Shown here in pieces: positions 40,480-49,492 of a DNA stretch of 64,000 bases; the stretch's first letter is position 1, and every line of letters starts with the position of its first letter. The notes under the pieces were generated by a model that worked only from the letters and a program-made list of their open reading frames with translations, had not been told where the DNA came from and ran no database searches. The position numbers and the translations under genes are program-made. This DNA comes from Candidatus Eiseniibacteriota bacterium (GTDB lineage: Bacteria; Eisenbacteria; RBG-16-71-46), in the NCBI GenBank assembly GCA_963776245.1, contig CAVZLN010000003.1, positions 640,001 to 704,000 on the forward strand. Reading direction: 5' to 3'.

Positions 40480-41208
40480 ATGAATGAGAACCACGCGCTT
40501 CGCACCCTGCTGCTCGCCGCCGCCATCGTGATCGCCGGCTGGCTGGTGGGCCGCGGGATGGTGCAGTTCCGTGCCGGCGATCGCGCGGTGAGCGTCAAGG
40601 GCGTCGCCGAGCGCACCGTGAAGGCCGACATCGCGCTATGGCCGCTGCGGCTGGTCGCCGCCGACAACGACCTCGACGCCGCGCAACGTCGCATCCAGGC
40701 CGACCGCCGTGCGGTGGTCGCGTTCCTCGGGCGCCACGGCATCGACTCCTCGCGGGTCGAACTCCAGGCGCTCTCGGCGACCGACACGCGGGCCAACGCC
40801 TACGGCGATGGCGCGCGCACGCCGCCCAGCCGGTACATCGTCAACCTGACCCTGATGGTGCGCACCAGCGCGATCGACCGGCTGGCGGAGGCGAGTCAGA
40901 GTGTGAGCGAGCTGCTCGCCGCCGGGGTGGTGTTCTCGAGTGGCGAGTACGGCGCCAGCGGCCCCACCTACCTGTTCACCCGGCTCAACGAGCTCAAGCC
41001 CGAGATGCTGGCCGAGGCCAACGCAAACGCGCGGAAGGCGGCGGAGGAGTTCGCGCGTTCGTCGAAGGCCCAGGTGGGCGGCATCCGCCGCGCGAGCCAG
41101 GGCGTGTTCGAGATCCTCGCGCGCGATCCGGCCCCCGGCATCCTGCAGGAGAGCCAGGTGCAGAAGACGCTGCGCGTGGTCACCACGGTGGAGTACGGCC
41201 TGCGCTGA
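40480..41208 (+). CDS. SIMPL (DUF541) domain periplasmic protein
   Basis: VSVKGVAER..ADIALW, LNELKPEML and ASQGVFEI...KTLRVVTTVEY. Confidence 0.88.
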   Translation: MNENHALRTLLLAAAIVIAGWLVGRGMVQFRAGDRAVSVKGVAERTVKADIALWPLRLVAADNDLDAAQRRIQADRRAVVAFLGRHGIDSSRVELQALSATDTRANAYGDGARTPPSRYIVNLTLMVRTSAIDRLAEASQSVSELLAAGVVFSSGEYGASGPTYLFTRLNELKPEMLAEANANARKAAEEFARSSKAQVGGIRRASQGVFEILARDPAPGILQESQVQKTLRVVTTVEYGLR

Positions 41209-41273
41209 GACGCGACGGCGGTCGCGGCGCAGAGCGGCCCGCGCCCGGCTTCACGCCGGGGGACGGCCCGCGC

Positions 41274-41624
41274 TCAGCTCTTCCACCACATCCGGACGGC
41301 GACCATCGCCAGGAACACCGCGAACGAGCGCTGCAGGACGCGCGGGGTGAGGCTCAGGCCGAGCATGGCGCCGAACAGCGCCCCGACCAGGAGGCCCAGC
41401 GCCACCAGCAGCGCGGCGCGCATGTGCACCTCGCCGCGCTGCCAGTACTGCCACGCGCCGAGCAGCCCGACCGGCAGCAGGAGCGCGCCCAGCGACGTCC
41501 CGGTCGCCATCTGCGGCTTCATGCCCGCGAACAGGATGAGCGCCGGCACGATGACGATGCCGCCCCCGATGCCGAACAGGCCCGCGAGCACGCCCGCCGC
41601 CAGGCCGATGAGCAGGAAGGTCAT
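41274..41624 (-). CDS. TauE/SafE (TSUP) family permease, half-size
   Basis: GVLAGLFGIGGGIVIVP and ATGTSL; 116 aa, hydrophobic. Confidence 0.88.
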   Translation of the reverse strand: MTFLLIGLAAGVLAGLFGIGGGIVIVPALILFAGMKPQMATGTSLGALLLPVGLLGAWQYWQRGEVHMRAALLVALGLLVGALFGAMLGLSLTPRVLQRSFAVFLAMVAVRMWWKS

Positions 41625-41670
41625 GAAGCCTCCGAGGTGAAGGTGCCGCCGTCCGCGCGCCCGCGCGCCG

Positions 41671-43014
41671 CTAGGCGCCGGTGCTGCCCGGGGCCGTGTC
41701 GGCGGCGGAGCCCTCCATCACCCAGCGCACGCCCTTGGAGCACGGGCAGGTGCCGCCGACGCGCTTGAGTTTCGGCATCGCCATGATGGCGTCCTTCACC
41801 GTCATCGTGCCGCCGGCCACGCCCCGCAGCGCGGTCGCGTAGTTCGTCATGTCCCGGCTCGCGACGTAGCCCTCGTTGAGCTGCTTCGCGAGGTAGCGAA
41901 GGTACTCGCCGGCGTCGGTGAACGACTCGCCGTCCACGCCCACCATCTGGAACGCGGGCTCGCCCTTGCGGCGGAAGAAGCGCCGGTCGGGCGTGCGCAG
42001 CAGGTCCTCGTGCCTCACGCCGCGGTGCGCGCCGCGCGAGCGCTCGATCTCGTCGAGCGCCTGCTCGGCCTGCGCGGGAGCATACTCGGGGAAGCGCGCG
42101 CGCAGGAAACGCAGGTTGATGTCGCGCATCATGCGCTGGACCTCGTCGATGTAGCGGTCCTGCGCCTCGCGATTCTTGAGGTCCTTGAAGCCGAACTTCA
42201 CGTTGGTGTCGCCGCCGCGCTCGTCCCCGAACATCTCGAGCGCGCGCGGGAACCACTTGCTCACCGCGCGCTGGATCGCCTGCATGGTGATGAACGGATC
42301 GCCCTGCGCGGCCCGCTGCGCCCAGCGGCGCATCGGGATGACGCCGGCGGCGAGGTGGAACGCCTCCTCGCGCAGCATCGGCGGCATGCTGTCGGCCATC
42401 GGCCGGTACGCGCACACCTTCTGCATGGTGAGCTGGTACTTGCCGACGCGGTCCACCAGCGCGGCGAACACGATGTTGTCGATGAACGAGTCGTAGTCGA
42501 GGTTGAACGCGTCGAGGACGTGATTGCCCGTCTGCATCGACAGGATCTCCTCGACCATCTGCTCGCCGGTCACGCCGCCCGAGACGTGGGTCCAGTCCTT
42601 CGACAGCAGCAGGTGGAGCATCTGGTAACCGTGCCGGAGCTCCTCGGCCATCACCCGCAGCACCCAGAAACGGTCCTGGTCGTCGGTGGCGCGCTCGAGC
42701 GTGCCCGCGTGCTGCTGGATCGAGCCGAACTCGGTCGAGGCCTGGGCGCGGATGATGGCGAGCAGGTGGCTGGCCTCCTCCTCGCTCATCTCGTCGGGGT
42801 CGTGGCGCTTGGCCTCGCCGGCGTGCTCGCCGATCTGGATCAGGTCGCTGGTGCCGACCTCCATCTTGGCGCACAGGCAGAACTCCTCGTCGGTCGGGAA
42901 GTACTTCTGCCAGTTCGCCCGCAGCGACTCGTAGTCCTTGAAGTTGTGGCGGCGCCAGTGCTCGACGGCGTCGTGGTACTTCTTCTCGAGCGTGGTGTTC
43001 TCCACCTTCATCAT
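41671..43014 (-). CDS. BoxB/PaaA-like ferritin-fold diiron acyl-CoA epoxidase subunit
   Basis: QASTEFGSIQQ, AEELRH, VDRVGKYQL and REEAFH match the BoxB-type ligand pattern. ATGA overlap with the GNAT gene. Confidence 0.8.
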   Translation of the reverse strand: MMKVENTTLEKKYHDAVEHWRRHNFKDYESLRANWQKYFPTDEEFCLCAKMEVGTSDLIQIGEHAGEAKRHDPDEMSEEEASHLLAIIRAQASTEFGSIQQHAGTLERATDDQDRFWVLRVMAEELRHGYQMLHLLLSKDWTHVSGGVTGEQMVEEILSMQTGNHVLDAFNLDYDSFIDNIVFAALVDRVGKYQLTMQKVCAYRPMADSMPPMLREEAFHLAAGVIPMRRWAQRAAQGDPFITMQAIQRAVSKWFPRALEMFGDERGGDTNVKFGFKDLKNREAQDRYIDEVQRMMRDINLRFLRARFPEYAPAQAEQALDEIERSRGAHRGVRHEDLLRTPDRRFFRRKGEPAFQMVGVDGESFTDAGEYLRYLAKQLNEGYVASRDMTNYATALRGVAGGTMTVKDAIMAMPKLKRVGGTCPCSKGVRWVMEGSAADTAPGSTGA

Positions 43015-43487
43015 CGCCGCGCCTCCCCGGCCGCGGGTGCGATCCGCACCTCGAGCGCCTGGAGCGGAGACGGCGCGAAGCCGAGCTTCTCCAGGAACCC
43101 CGCCACCGCCGCGTCCTTCCGGTCCACCAGCGTGCGCACCGACGCCGCGCCCTGCGCGCGGAAGTGCGCCACCATCGCCTCGTACATCCGGCGCCCGAGG
43201 TCGCGGCCACGGCAGTCGGGGTCGAGGCCGAAGCGCTCGATCCAGCCGCAGGTCTCGTCGATCCCGAACTCGCCGGCCCGCAGGTCGCCCAGCATGAATC
43301 CCACCACCCGGCCGTCCACCTCGCACACCTGCGAGACCTCGGGATCGCGCCGCAGGGAGAACATCACGCGCTGCTCCCAGAAGTCGGGACGGTAGATGCC
43401 GGAGAGGCGCTCGTCGATCCTCACGATCGCGCCGATGTCGAGCTCGTCGAGCGGGCGCACGCGGCTTCCGGTCAGGGCGTCGGGCAT
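43011..43487 (-). CDS. GNAT acetyltransferase
   Basis: VVGFMLG, GEFG, LDPDCRGRDLGRRM and FLEKLGF. Confidence 0.88.
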   Translation of the reverse strand: MPDALTGSRVRPLDELDIGAIVRIDERLSGIYRPDFWEQRVMFSLRRDPEVSQVCEVDGRVVGFMLGDLRAGEFGIDETCGWIERFGLDPDCRGRDLGRRMYEAMVAHFRAQGAASVRTLVDRKDAAVAGFLEKLGFAPSPLQALEVRIAPAAGEARR

Positions 43488-43675
43488 GTGGGAAGGCCTC
43501 CGGGGCGGGTCCTTGGGATGGACGAGGGCGCGAGGACAGTATCAGGCGGAGGCGCCGGGCGGCCAGCGCGAAGAACGAACGTATGTTCAGGTTCGCCGGG
43601 CTGGCGGGCGCGCGCCCCGCCCGGGGAGCCGCCCGGGTGGCCGGCCGGCGGGGTGCCGGGGTGGCGCGCGGGGCC

Positions 43676-45052
43676 CTAGGCCTCGGCGGGCGCCAGCCGC
43701 GTGATCACCTGCACCCGCCGGCGCGCGGGGTCGGGCGGCATCCACGAAGGCGCGAAGTCCACCGGCAGGCCCGGCGAGGCGGCGCGGCTCCAGAGCGGGC
43801 GCGCCACCTCGCCGCACAGCGCGTCCGCGAAGTCCGGGTCCACCGCTTCGGCCGCGCGGCACGCGCTGTCGTGCGCCTCGGCCGGGGCCAGCCGCGGCTC
43901 CGGCCGGCGCCCCGCGAGGTGGCGTGCGAGCCAGCCGCTCAGGCGCGGACGCAGGTCGGCGAGCACGTTGAAGCAGTCGTGGCCGCCGCGGGGATAGAAC
44001 ACGAACTCGCGCTCGCAGCGCGCGCGCTCGAAGATGCGCGAAGCCTCGCGCCGCGGCGTCAGCAGGTCGTGCCCGCCGCCGGCGAGGAACAGGGGCGCCC
44101 GCAGGTGCTCGATGGCGCCGTCGAGCGTCAGCCGGCCGACCGCCTCGCCCATCTCGGACTCGGCCACGCCGTAGAGCGCCGCCAGTTCGCGGCGCATGCC
44201 GGCGAGCGTGATGTTCCAGTAGACGTCGAGCGAGTACGGCGGGCTCACCGCGGCGACCGCGCGCACCCGCGGGTCGTGCGCCGCCATGCGGATCGCCATG
44301 TAGCCGCCCAGGCTCAGCCCGGCGAGCGCCACCGCGCTGGCGTCCAACTCGGGGTGGCCCTCGATGGCGTCGATGATGGACACGCCGACCGGCCGCGGCT
44401 CGGCCACCATCGAGAGGCGGTGGAACGTCTGCCCCAGCCCCGGTCCATCGAACACGATCGTGGCCAGGCCCTGCTCGAGCAGCGCGTCGCTCCACCAGTG
44501 CAGCTCCTCCTTCACCGCGTTGGTGCCGTTGAACATCACCACCACGGGCGCCGGCCGCGGCCCGCGCGGCACGCGCAGGTAGCCGCGCATCGCACGGCGG
44601 CGATGGACGAACTCGAACGGGCGCGCCGGGGGATCCACGCAGGGCGCCGCCTTCTCGTAGGCGCGCACGCACGCCTCGTGGAGCGCGCGCTTGCGCGCGA
44701 TGTCCATGAAGATGACGTACTGGGCGAAGTTGAACGCCGCGGAGGACCCCAGCCACATCCGCCCGGCGTCCCCATCGAGCCCGCGTTCGTGCGCGTCGTC
44801 GCCGGCGCGCTCGAGCTCGAGCCCGAGGTCCTGCCAGTTGTCCACCCACGACTCGAGATCGGTCGAGCGCCGGAGCACCCGGTCGAGGTCGTCGGGCGTC
44901 ACGCCGGAGTTGGTGAACTGCAGCCGGGCCCACTCCGGCATCTGCCGGGCGACGCCGAGACGCAGCGAGAGGCGCACGAACCCGGGCCGCAGCAGCTGAC
45001 TGCGCAGCAGATGCGGGACGAGGAGTTCGAGTCGTCCACCCCGGAGGTCCAT
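43676..45052 (-). CDS. Alpha/beta hydrolase (FrsA/DHPON-hydrolase-like)
   Basis: FDGPGLG, nucleophile GLSLGG, D (GGHDLL) and GGHDC. Confidence 0.85.
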   Translation of the reverse strand: MDLRGGRLELLVPHLLRSQLLRPGFVRLSLRLGVARQMPEWARLQFTNSGVTPDDLDRVLRRSTDLESWVDNWQDLGLELERAGDDAHERGLDGDAGRMWLGSSAAFNFAQYVIFMDIARKRALHEACVRAYEKAAPCVDPPARPFEFVHRRRAMRGYLRVPRGPRPAPVVVMFNGTNAVKEELHWWSDALLEQGLATIVFDGPGLGQTFHRLSMVAEPRPVGVSIIDAIEGHPELDASAVALAGLSLGGYMAIRMAAHDPRVRAVAAVSPPYSLDVYWNITLAGMRRELAALYGVAESEMGEAVGRLTLDGAIEHLRAPLFLAGGGHDLLTPRREASRIFERARCEREFVFYPRGGHDCFNVLADLRPRLSGWLARHLAGRRPEPRLAPAEAHDSACRAAEAVDPDFADALCGEVARPLWSRAASPGLPVDFAPSWMPPDPARRRVQVITRLAPAEA

Positions 45053-45129
45053 CGCCGCCTCGTCGTGAAGGTCCGCTGCGTGCCGGTCGTCAGGAAGGCG
45101 CGGGGGGCACGCCTCCAACCCTTTGAGAG

Positions 45130-45145
45130 TGCAGGGCCCGTGCCA
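45130..45145 (-). promoter_or_regulatory. sigma54-type promoter
   Basis: TGGCACGGGCCCTGCA on the minus strand. Confidence 0.6.
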
Positions 45146-45344
45146 TCGGTGCGGACGGGTTTGGGGCCGCTCCTGGCGCGGTGCGCGCGCGTCCCGCGAG
45201 GCGGCCGGCGCGGACACGGCCCGTGTCCGGCCGCGGCGCCCGGGGTCGCGGCGCCCGGGTGCCACCTCCGTCCGCTGGGCCAGCCCACCCGCGGCCGGGT
45301 GGGGCCGCGCAGCGGCGGCGCCACGCCGTGGGGCGCCCCCGCCG

Positions 45345-46217
45345 CTAGCCCCTCGCTCCCGCCCTCCGCCGGCGATGGTCCTCGGCCAGCGAACGCGCCA
45401 CGCCCGTGTCGCCGAGCGGGTGGCCGTCGAGCGTGCCGACCCGCACGATCTCCTGCACCGAGTTGGTGAGGAAGACCTCGTCGGCCCCCAGCAGGTCGTC
45501 GAGTCTCAACGCGCCCTCGTGCGCGGGGAGGCCGCGCGCGGCGCACGATCCGAGCACCAGGGCGCGCGTGATGCCCGGCAGGATGCCGCGCGCCAGCGGG
45601 GGCGTGACCACCCCGCCACGCGCTACCACGAACACGTTGCTGGACGCGCCTTCGAGCACTTCGCCGGCCGGCGAGAGGAGCAGTGCCTCGTCCGCGCCGG
45701 CGGCGCGCGCCTCGTCGCTCGCCAGCGCGTACGCGAGGCGGCTGGTGGTCTTGTGCGCGCCGAGCGGGCCGGGCTCGAACGGCGCCCGCGAGATCCGCAC
45801 CCTCGCCGCCCCCGCGCGCGTGCCGGGCCACAGCCGCGCGGACACCGGTTCAGCCTCGACCCACGCGCCGGCGCGCGTCGGGTGCCCGCCGGCGATGCCG
45901 CGCGTGATGGTGAGCCGTGCCACTGCGTCGCGCAGGCCTTCGGCGTCGAGCACCTGGCCGATGGCGTTGAGTAGCACGGACGGCGCGGCCGGGACCGGGA
46001 AGCCGAGGATGGCCGCCGACAGCACCAGACGCTCGAGATGGAGCTCCCAGGCGAACGGCTCGCCGTCATACACGCGCACGGTCTCGAACAGCCCCTGGCC
46101 GTCGCGCGCCCCGCGGTCCCACAGCGACAGCGATGCCTCGGCGCCGCGCACCAGCGCCCCGTTGACCCACGCGGCGCGCCCCGGCGCTCGCGCGCCGCGC
46201 GGCAGCGGCGCGCTCAT
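45345..46217 (-). CDS. pabC: Class IV aminotransferase / 4-amino-4-deoxychorismate lyase
   Basis: GLFET, HLERL, HKT, EGASSN, LPGITR and EVFLTNS; downstream of pabB. Confidence 0.8.
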   Translation of the reverse strand: MSAPLPRGARAPGRAAWVNGALVRGAEASLSLWDRGARDGQGLFETVRVYDGEPFAWELHLERLVLSAAILGFPVPAAPSVLLNAIGQVLDAEGLRDAVARLTITRGIAGGHPTRAGAWVEAEPVSARLWPGTRAGAARVRISRAPFEPGPLGAHKTTSRLAYALASDEARAAGADEALLLSPAGEVLEGASSNVFVVARGGVVTPPLARGILPGITRALVLGSCAARGLPAHEGALRLDDLLGADEVFLTNSVQEIVRVGTLDGHPLGDTGVARSLAEDHRRRRAGARG

Positions 46218-46318
46218 CGCGCCGGCACCGCGGGGGAGTCGAGCGTCACCGGCCCCACCCATTCGGAGAGCGCCGCCCGCACGGGGGATGTGGGCGCGAC
46301 GAGCGCTGGCGCGCTCAT
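46214..46318 (-). CDS. 34-aa repeat-derived mini-ORF 2
   Basis: MSAPALVAPTSPVRAALSEWVGPVTLDSPAVPAR, with ATGA overlaps at both ends. Confidence 0.4.
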   Translation of the reverse strand: MSAPALVAPTSPVRAALSEWVGPVTLDSPAVPAR

Positions 46319-46419
46319 CGCGCCGGCACCCCGGGGGAGTCGAGCGTCACCGGCCCGACCCATTCGGAGAGCGCCGCCCGCACGGGGGATGTGGGCGCGA
46401 CGAGCGCTGGCGCGCTCAT
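46315..46419 (-). CDS. 34-aa repeat-derived mini-ORF 1
   Basis: MSAPALVAPTSPVRAALSEWVGPVTLDSPGVPAR, with ATGA overlaps at both ends. Confidence 0.4.
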   Translation of the reverse strand: MSAPALVAPTSPVRAALSEWVGPVTLDSPGVPAR

Positions 46420-47843
46420 CGCGCCGGCACCGCGGGGGAGTCGAGCGTCACCGGCCCCACCCATTCGGAGAGCGCCGCCCGCAGGCCTTCGATCTTGTGC
46501 AGGGTCTCGTCGTACTCGGCTTGCGGGTCGGAATCGGCCGTGATGCCTCCGCCGGCGGCGAACCTCACCGCGTCGGACGTCACGAGCGCGGTGCGGATGG
46601 CGATGTTCCAGTCGGCGTCGCCGCGCCAGTCGAGGTAGCCGATGGCCCCGGTGTAGACGTGGCGGCGGACCGGCTCGAGCGCCTCGAGGATCTCCATCGC
46701 GCGGATCTTGGGCGCCCCGGTGATGGACCCGCCGGGGAAGCACGCTTCGAGCAGGTCGAAGGCGTCGGCCCCCTCGCGCAGCGTGCCGGTGACCGTCGAG
46801 ACCAGGTGGTGCACCTGCGCGAAGGACTCGAGCGCGCACAACTCCGGCACCCTCACGCTGCCGGTCTCGCACACCCGCCCGAGGTCGTTGCGGAGCACGT
46901 CCACGATCATCACGTTCTCGGCGCGGTCCTTGGCGCTGGCCGCGAGCGCCGCCCGTTCGAGCGCGTCGGCGGCCGGGTCGGCGCGGCGCGGGCGGGTGCC
47001 CTTGATGGGGCGGGTCTCCACCTGGCGCCCGCGCAGCGTGAGGAAGCACTCCGGGCTCGCGGCGGCGACGGCATGGTCGGTAGCGCCGAGGAACGCCGCG
47101 TACGGCGAGGGCGAAAGCCGCGCCAGCGACTCGAACAGCCCGAGCGCGAACGCGGTGGGGGCGCCGGGCGCGAGCGGCAGCGTCCAGCGCTGCGAGAGGT
47201 TCGCCTGGAAGATGTCGCCGCGCGCGATGTGTCCGCGCACGCGCTCGACCGCGGCGCGGTACGCGTCGGGGGTGAAGCCGGAGACCGCGTGCGCGGGGGC
47301 TGCGCGCGGGGCGGGCGGCGCCGCGCGCGCCACGCGCGGGCGCTCGAACAGCGACTCGAACCGGTCGAGGCGCCGCACCGCGTGCGCGGCGCGCGCTCCG
47401 GCTTCGGCGAGCGGCAGCCCGCTCGCGAACGCCCAGGCCTCGCGGCGATCGTGGTCGAACACGCCCACCACGTCGTGCAACGCGACCAGGAAGTCGGGGA
47501 GCGCGAGGTCGTCCGCGGCGCGCGCCGGGAGCCGCTCGAGGCGGCGGCCGAAGTCGTAGGCCCAGTAGCCCACCGCGCCGCCGGTGAACGGGATGCGGGT
47601 GTGCGCCGGACCGTCGCTCCGCGCGCTCGCGGCGGCGGCTCGGAACGCCGCCTTGGTCGCCTCCCAGTCGCCGCCGCGGTGCACCGCGTACGGGTCGGCG
47701 CCGAAGAACGACCACCGCGCGCTCCCGCCGTCGACCGCCGAATGGAGCAGGAACGGGTGCGGCAGATGCGCGAGCGCGCGCAGCGCGTCCAGGGGATCGG
47801 CGACGCCCAGGGAACGCACGAGGGGAAGGGCCTGGCGGTCCAT
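46416..47843 (-). CDS. pabB: Aminodeoxychorismate synthase component I
   Basis: GDIFQANL, SPECF, TRPIKGTR, KDRAENVMIVD, FPGGSITGAPK and NIAIRT. Confidence 0.92.
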   Translation of the reverse strand: MDRQALPLVRSLGVADPLDALRALAHLPHPFLLHSAVDGGSARWSFFGADPYAVHRGGDWEATKAAFRAAAASARSDGPAHTRIPFTGGAVGYWAYDFGRRLERLPARAADDLALPDFLVALHDVVGVFDHDRREAWAFASGLPLAEAGARAAHAVRRLDRFESLFERPRVARAAPPAPRAAPAHAVSGFTPDAYRAAVERVRGHIARGDIFQANLSQRWTLPLAPGAPTAFALGLFESLARLSPSPYAAFLGATDHAVAAASPECFLTLRGRQVETRPIKGTRPRRADPAADALERAALAASAKDRAENVMIVDVLRNDLGRVCETGSVRVPELCALESFAQVHHLVSTVTGTLREGADAFDLLEACFPGGSITGAPKIRAMEILEALEPVRRHVYTGAIGYLDWRGDADWNIAIRTALVTSDAVRFAAGGGITADSDPQAEYDETLHKIEGLRAALSEWVGPVTLDSPAVPAR

Positions 47844-48127
47844 GCGCGCGAGGGTAGGAGGGTGGCGGACGGGGGTCAACGATGGCGCCGGGGGACCGCG
47901 GAAGCGGGTGTGCGAGGGGCCGGCCGGGCGGTTCGCGGGGCCGCGCGGCGCGCGCACGCTCATCCTTGACACCCCCCGCCCTCGGTGCCAACGTCCGCGG
48001 CGTACTTCCGACGCGAAAGACGCGAGGGAGCGCCGGGTCCCGCCACGCTCGCGGGGCCGGCGCTCCGATGCGCCGCCTCGGACCGGCACGGATGCCGGGG
48101 TCGTTCCCGCGACGGCAGGGAGGCCGT

Positions 48128-49492
48128 TTGAGCTCGTTCCTCATCCAATCCGGCACGCTGGTGTGCATGGACGCGGCCCGCACCGTCCGGCGCGGCGACC
48201 TGCTGGTGCGCGATGACGTCATCGCGGCCCTCGGGGACGCGGTGCCCGCGGCGCTCGCCGCGCTGCCCGGCGGACGCGCGGACGAGACGCACGACGCCGC
48301 GGGCGCGCTGGTCGTGCCGGGCTTCGTGCACGGCCATCTCCACCTGTGCCAGACCCTGTTCCGCGGGCTCGCCGAGCAGGCCGACCTGCTGTGCTGGCTG
48401 CGCGAGAGCGTGTGGCCGCTCGAGGCCGCCCACACCGAGGCCTCGATCGCCGCGTCGGCCCGGCTCGGCGTGCTCGAGCTGCTGGCCGGCGGCGTGACGT
48501 GCGTGAACGACATGGGCACGGCGCGCCACACCGAGGCGATCGGCGCGGTGCTCGAGCAGTCCGGCCTGCGCGCGGTGTTCGGCAAGGCGCTCATGGACCA
48601 GGGCGCCGGCCTGCCCGCGGCGCTGCGCGAGGATCCCGCGCGCGCCCTGGACGACGCGCTGGCACTGGCGCGGCGCTTCCACGGGGCGGGCGACGGGCGG
48701 CTGCGGGTGTCGCTGGCGCCGCGCTTCATCCTCTCGTGCAGCGAGCGGCTGTGGCACGACGTCGCGGCGGCCTCGCACGAGCAGGGCCTGGTGGTGCACA
48801 CGCACATCGCCGAGGCGCCGAGCGAGGGCCGCGAGGTGGAGGCCAGCGTGGGCTCGAGCGCGGCGCGCTACTTCGCGCGCCAGGGCGTGCTCTCCCCGCG
48901 CTTCGTCGGGGCGCACGGGGTGTGGCTCGACGACGAGGAACTGGGCCTGCTCGCGCGCGCCGACGCGGCGCTCGTGCACTGCCCGGGCTCGAACCTGAAG
49001 CTCGGCTCGGGCTTCGCGGACCTGCGACGCTGGGCGCACGCCGGGGTGCGGCGCGGGCTCGGTTCGGACGGCGCGGCGTGCAACAACCGCCTCGACACCT
49101 TCCACGAGATGTCGCTGGCCGCGGGGCTCACCCGCGTGCTGGCGCCGCAGGGGTTCCTGAGCGCGCGCGACGTGGTGGCGCTCGCGACCATCGAGGGCGC
49201 GAGCGCCCTCGGACTGGGCGGCCTGATCGGTTCGCTCGAACCCGGCAAGCAGGCGGATGTCGTCGTGGTGGACGCCAGCGGCCCGCACCACGCGACCTCG
49301 CCCGATCGCGATCCGTACGTCGCGCTGGTGCACGCCGCCCGCCCCGACGACGTGCGCCTCACGATGGTCGCCGGACGGGCGCTCTATCGCGAAGGGGCGT
49401 GGGCCACGCTCGACCCCGGCCGGGTGCTGGGCGACGCGCGGAGCGAATCGGCGGCGCTCGCGCGGCGCGCGGACCTCGGGGTTCGGCCATGA
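48128..49492 (+). CDS. Metal-dependent amidohydrolase (MtaD/5'-deoxyadenosine deaminase-like)
   Basis: TTG after GGGAGG; PGFVHGHLH, HIAE, AHGVW, HCPGSNLKLGSG and GSDG. Confidence 0.88.
   Translation: MSSFLIQSGTLVCMDAARTVRRGDLLVRDDVIAALGDAVPAALAALPGGRADETHDAAGALVVPGFVHGHLHLCQTLFRGLAEQADLLCWLRESVWPLEAAHTEASIAASARLGVLELLAGGVTCVNDMGTARHTEAIGAVLEQSGLRAVFGKALMDQGAGLPAALREDPARALDDALALARRFHGAGDGRLRVSLAPRFILSCSERLWHDVAAASHEQGLVVHTHIAEAPSEGREVEASVGSSAARYFARQGVLSPRFVGAHGVWLDDEELGLLARADAALVHCPGSNLKLGSGFADLRRWAHAGVRRGLGSDGAACNNRLDTFHEMSLAAGLTRVLAPQGFLSARDVVALATIEGASALGLGGLIGSLEPGKQADVVVVDASGPHHATSPDRDPYVALVHAARPDDVRLTMVAGRALYREGAWATLDPGRVLGDARSESAALARRADLGVRP

Larger units (their letters stand above)
46207..46483. 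repeat. 101-bp tandem repeat (2.7 copies) at the pabB-pabC junction
   Basis: Units start at 46207, 46308 and 46409; the middle copy has two substitutions. Confidence 0.95.

Noticed and set aside
46207..46483. Repeat-spacer-repeat pattern as a CRISPR array
   Set aside because: The 'spacers' are identical, the repeat is 75 bp of coding junction, and there are no cas genes. It is a tandem duplication.
45345..47843. pabB-pabC without pabA as an anomaly
   Set aside because: The glutamine amidotransferase is commonly encoded elsewhere or shared with trpG.
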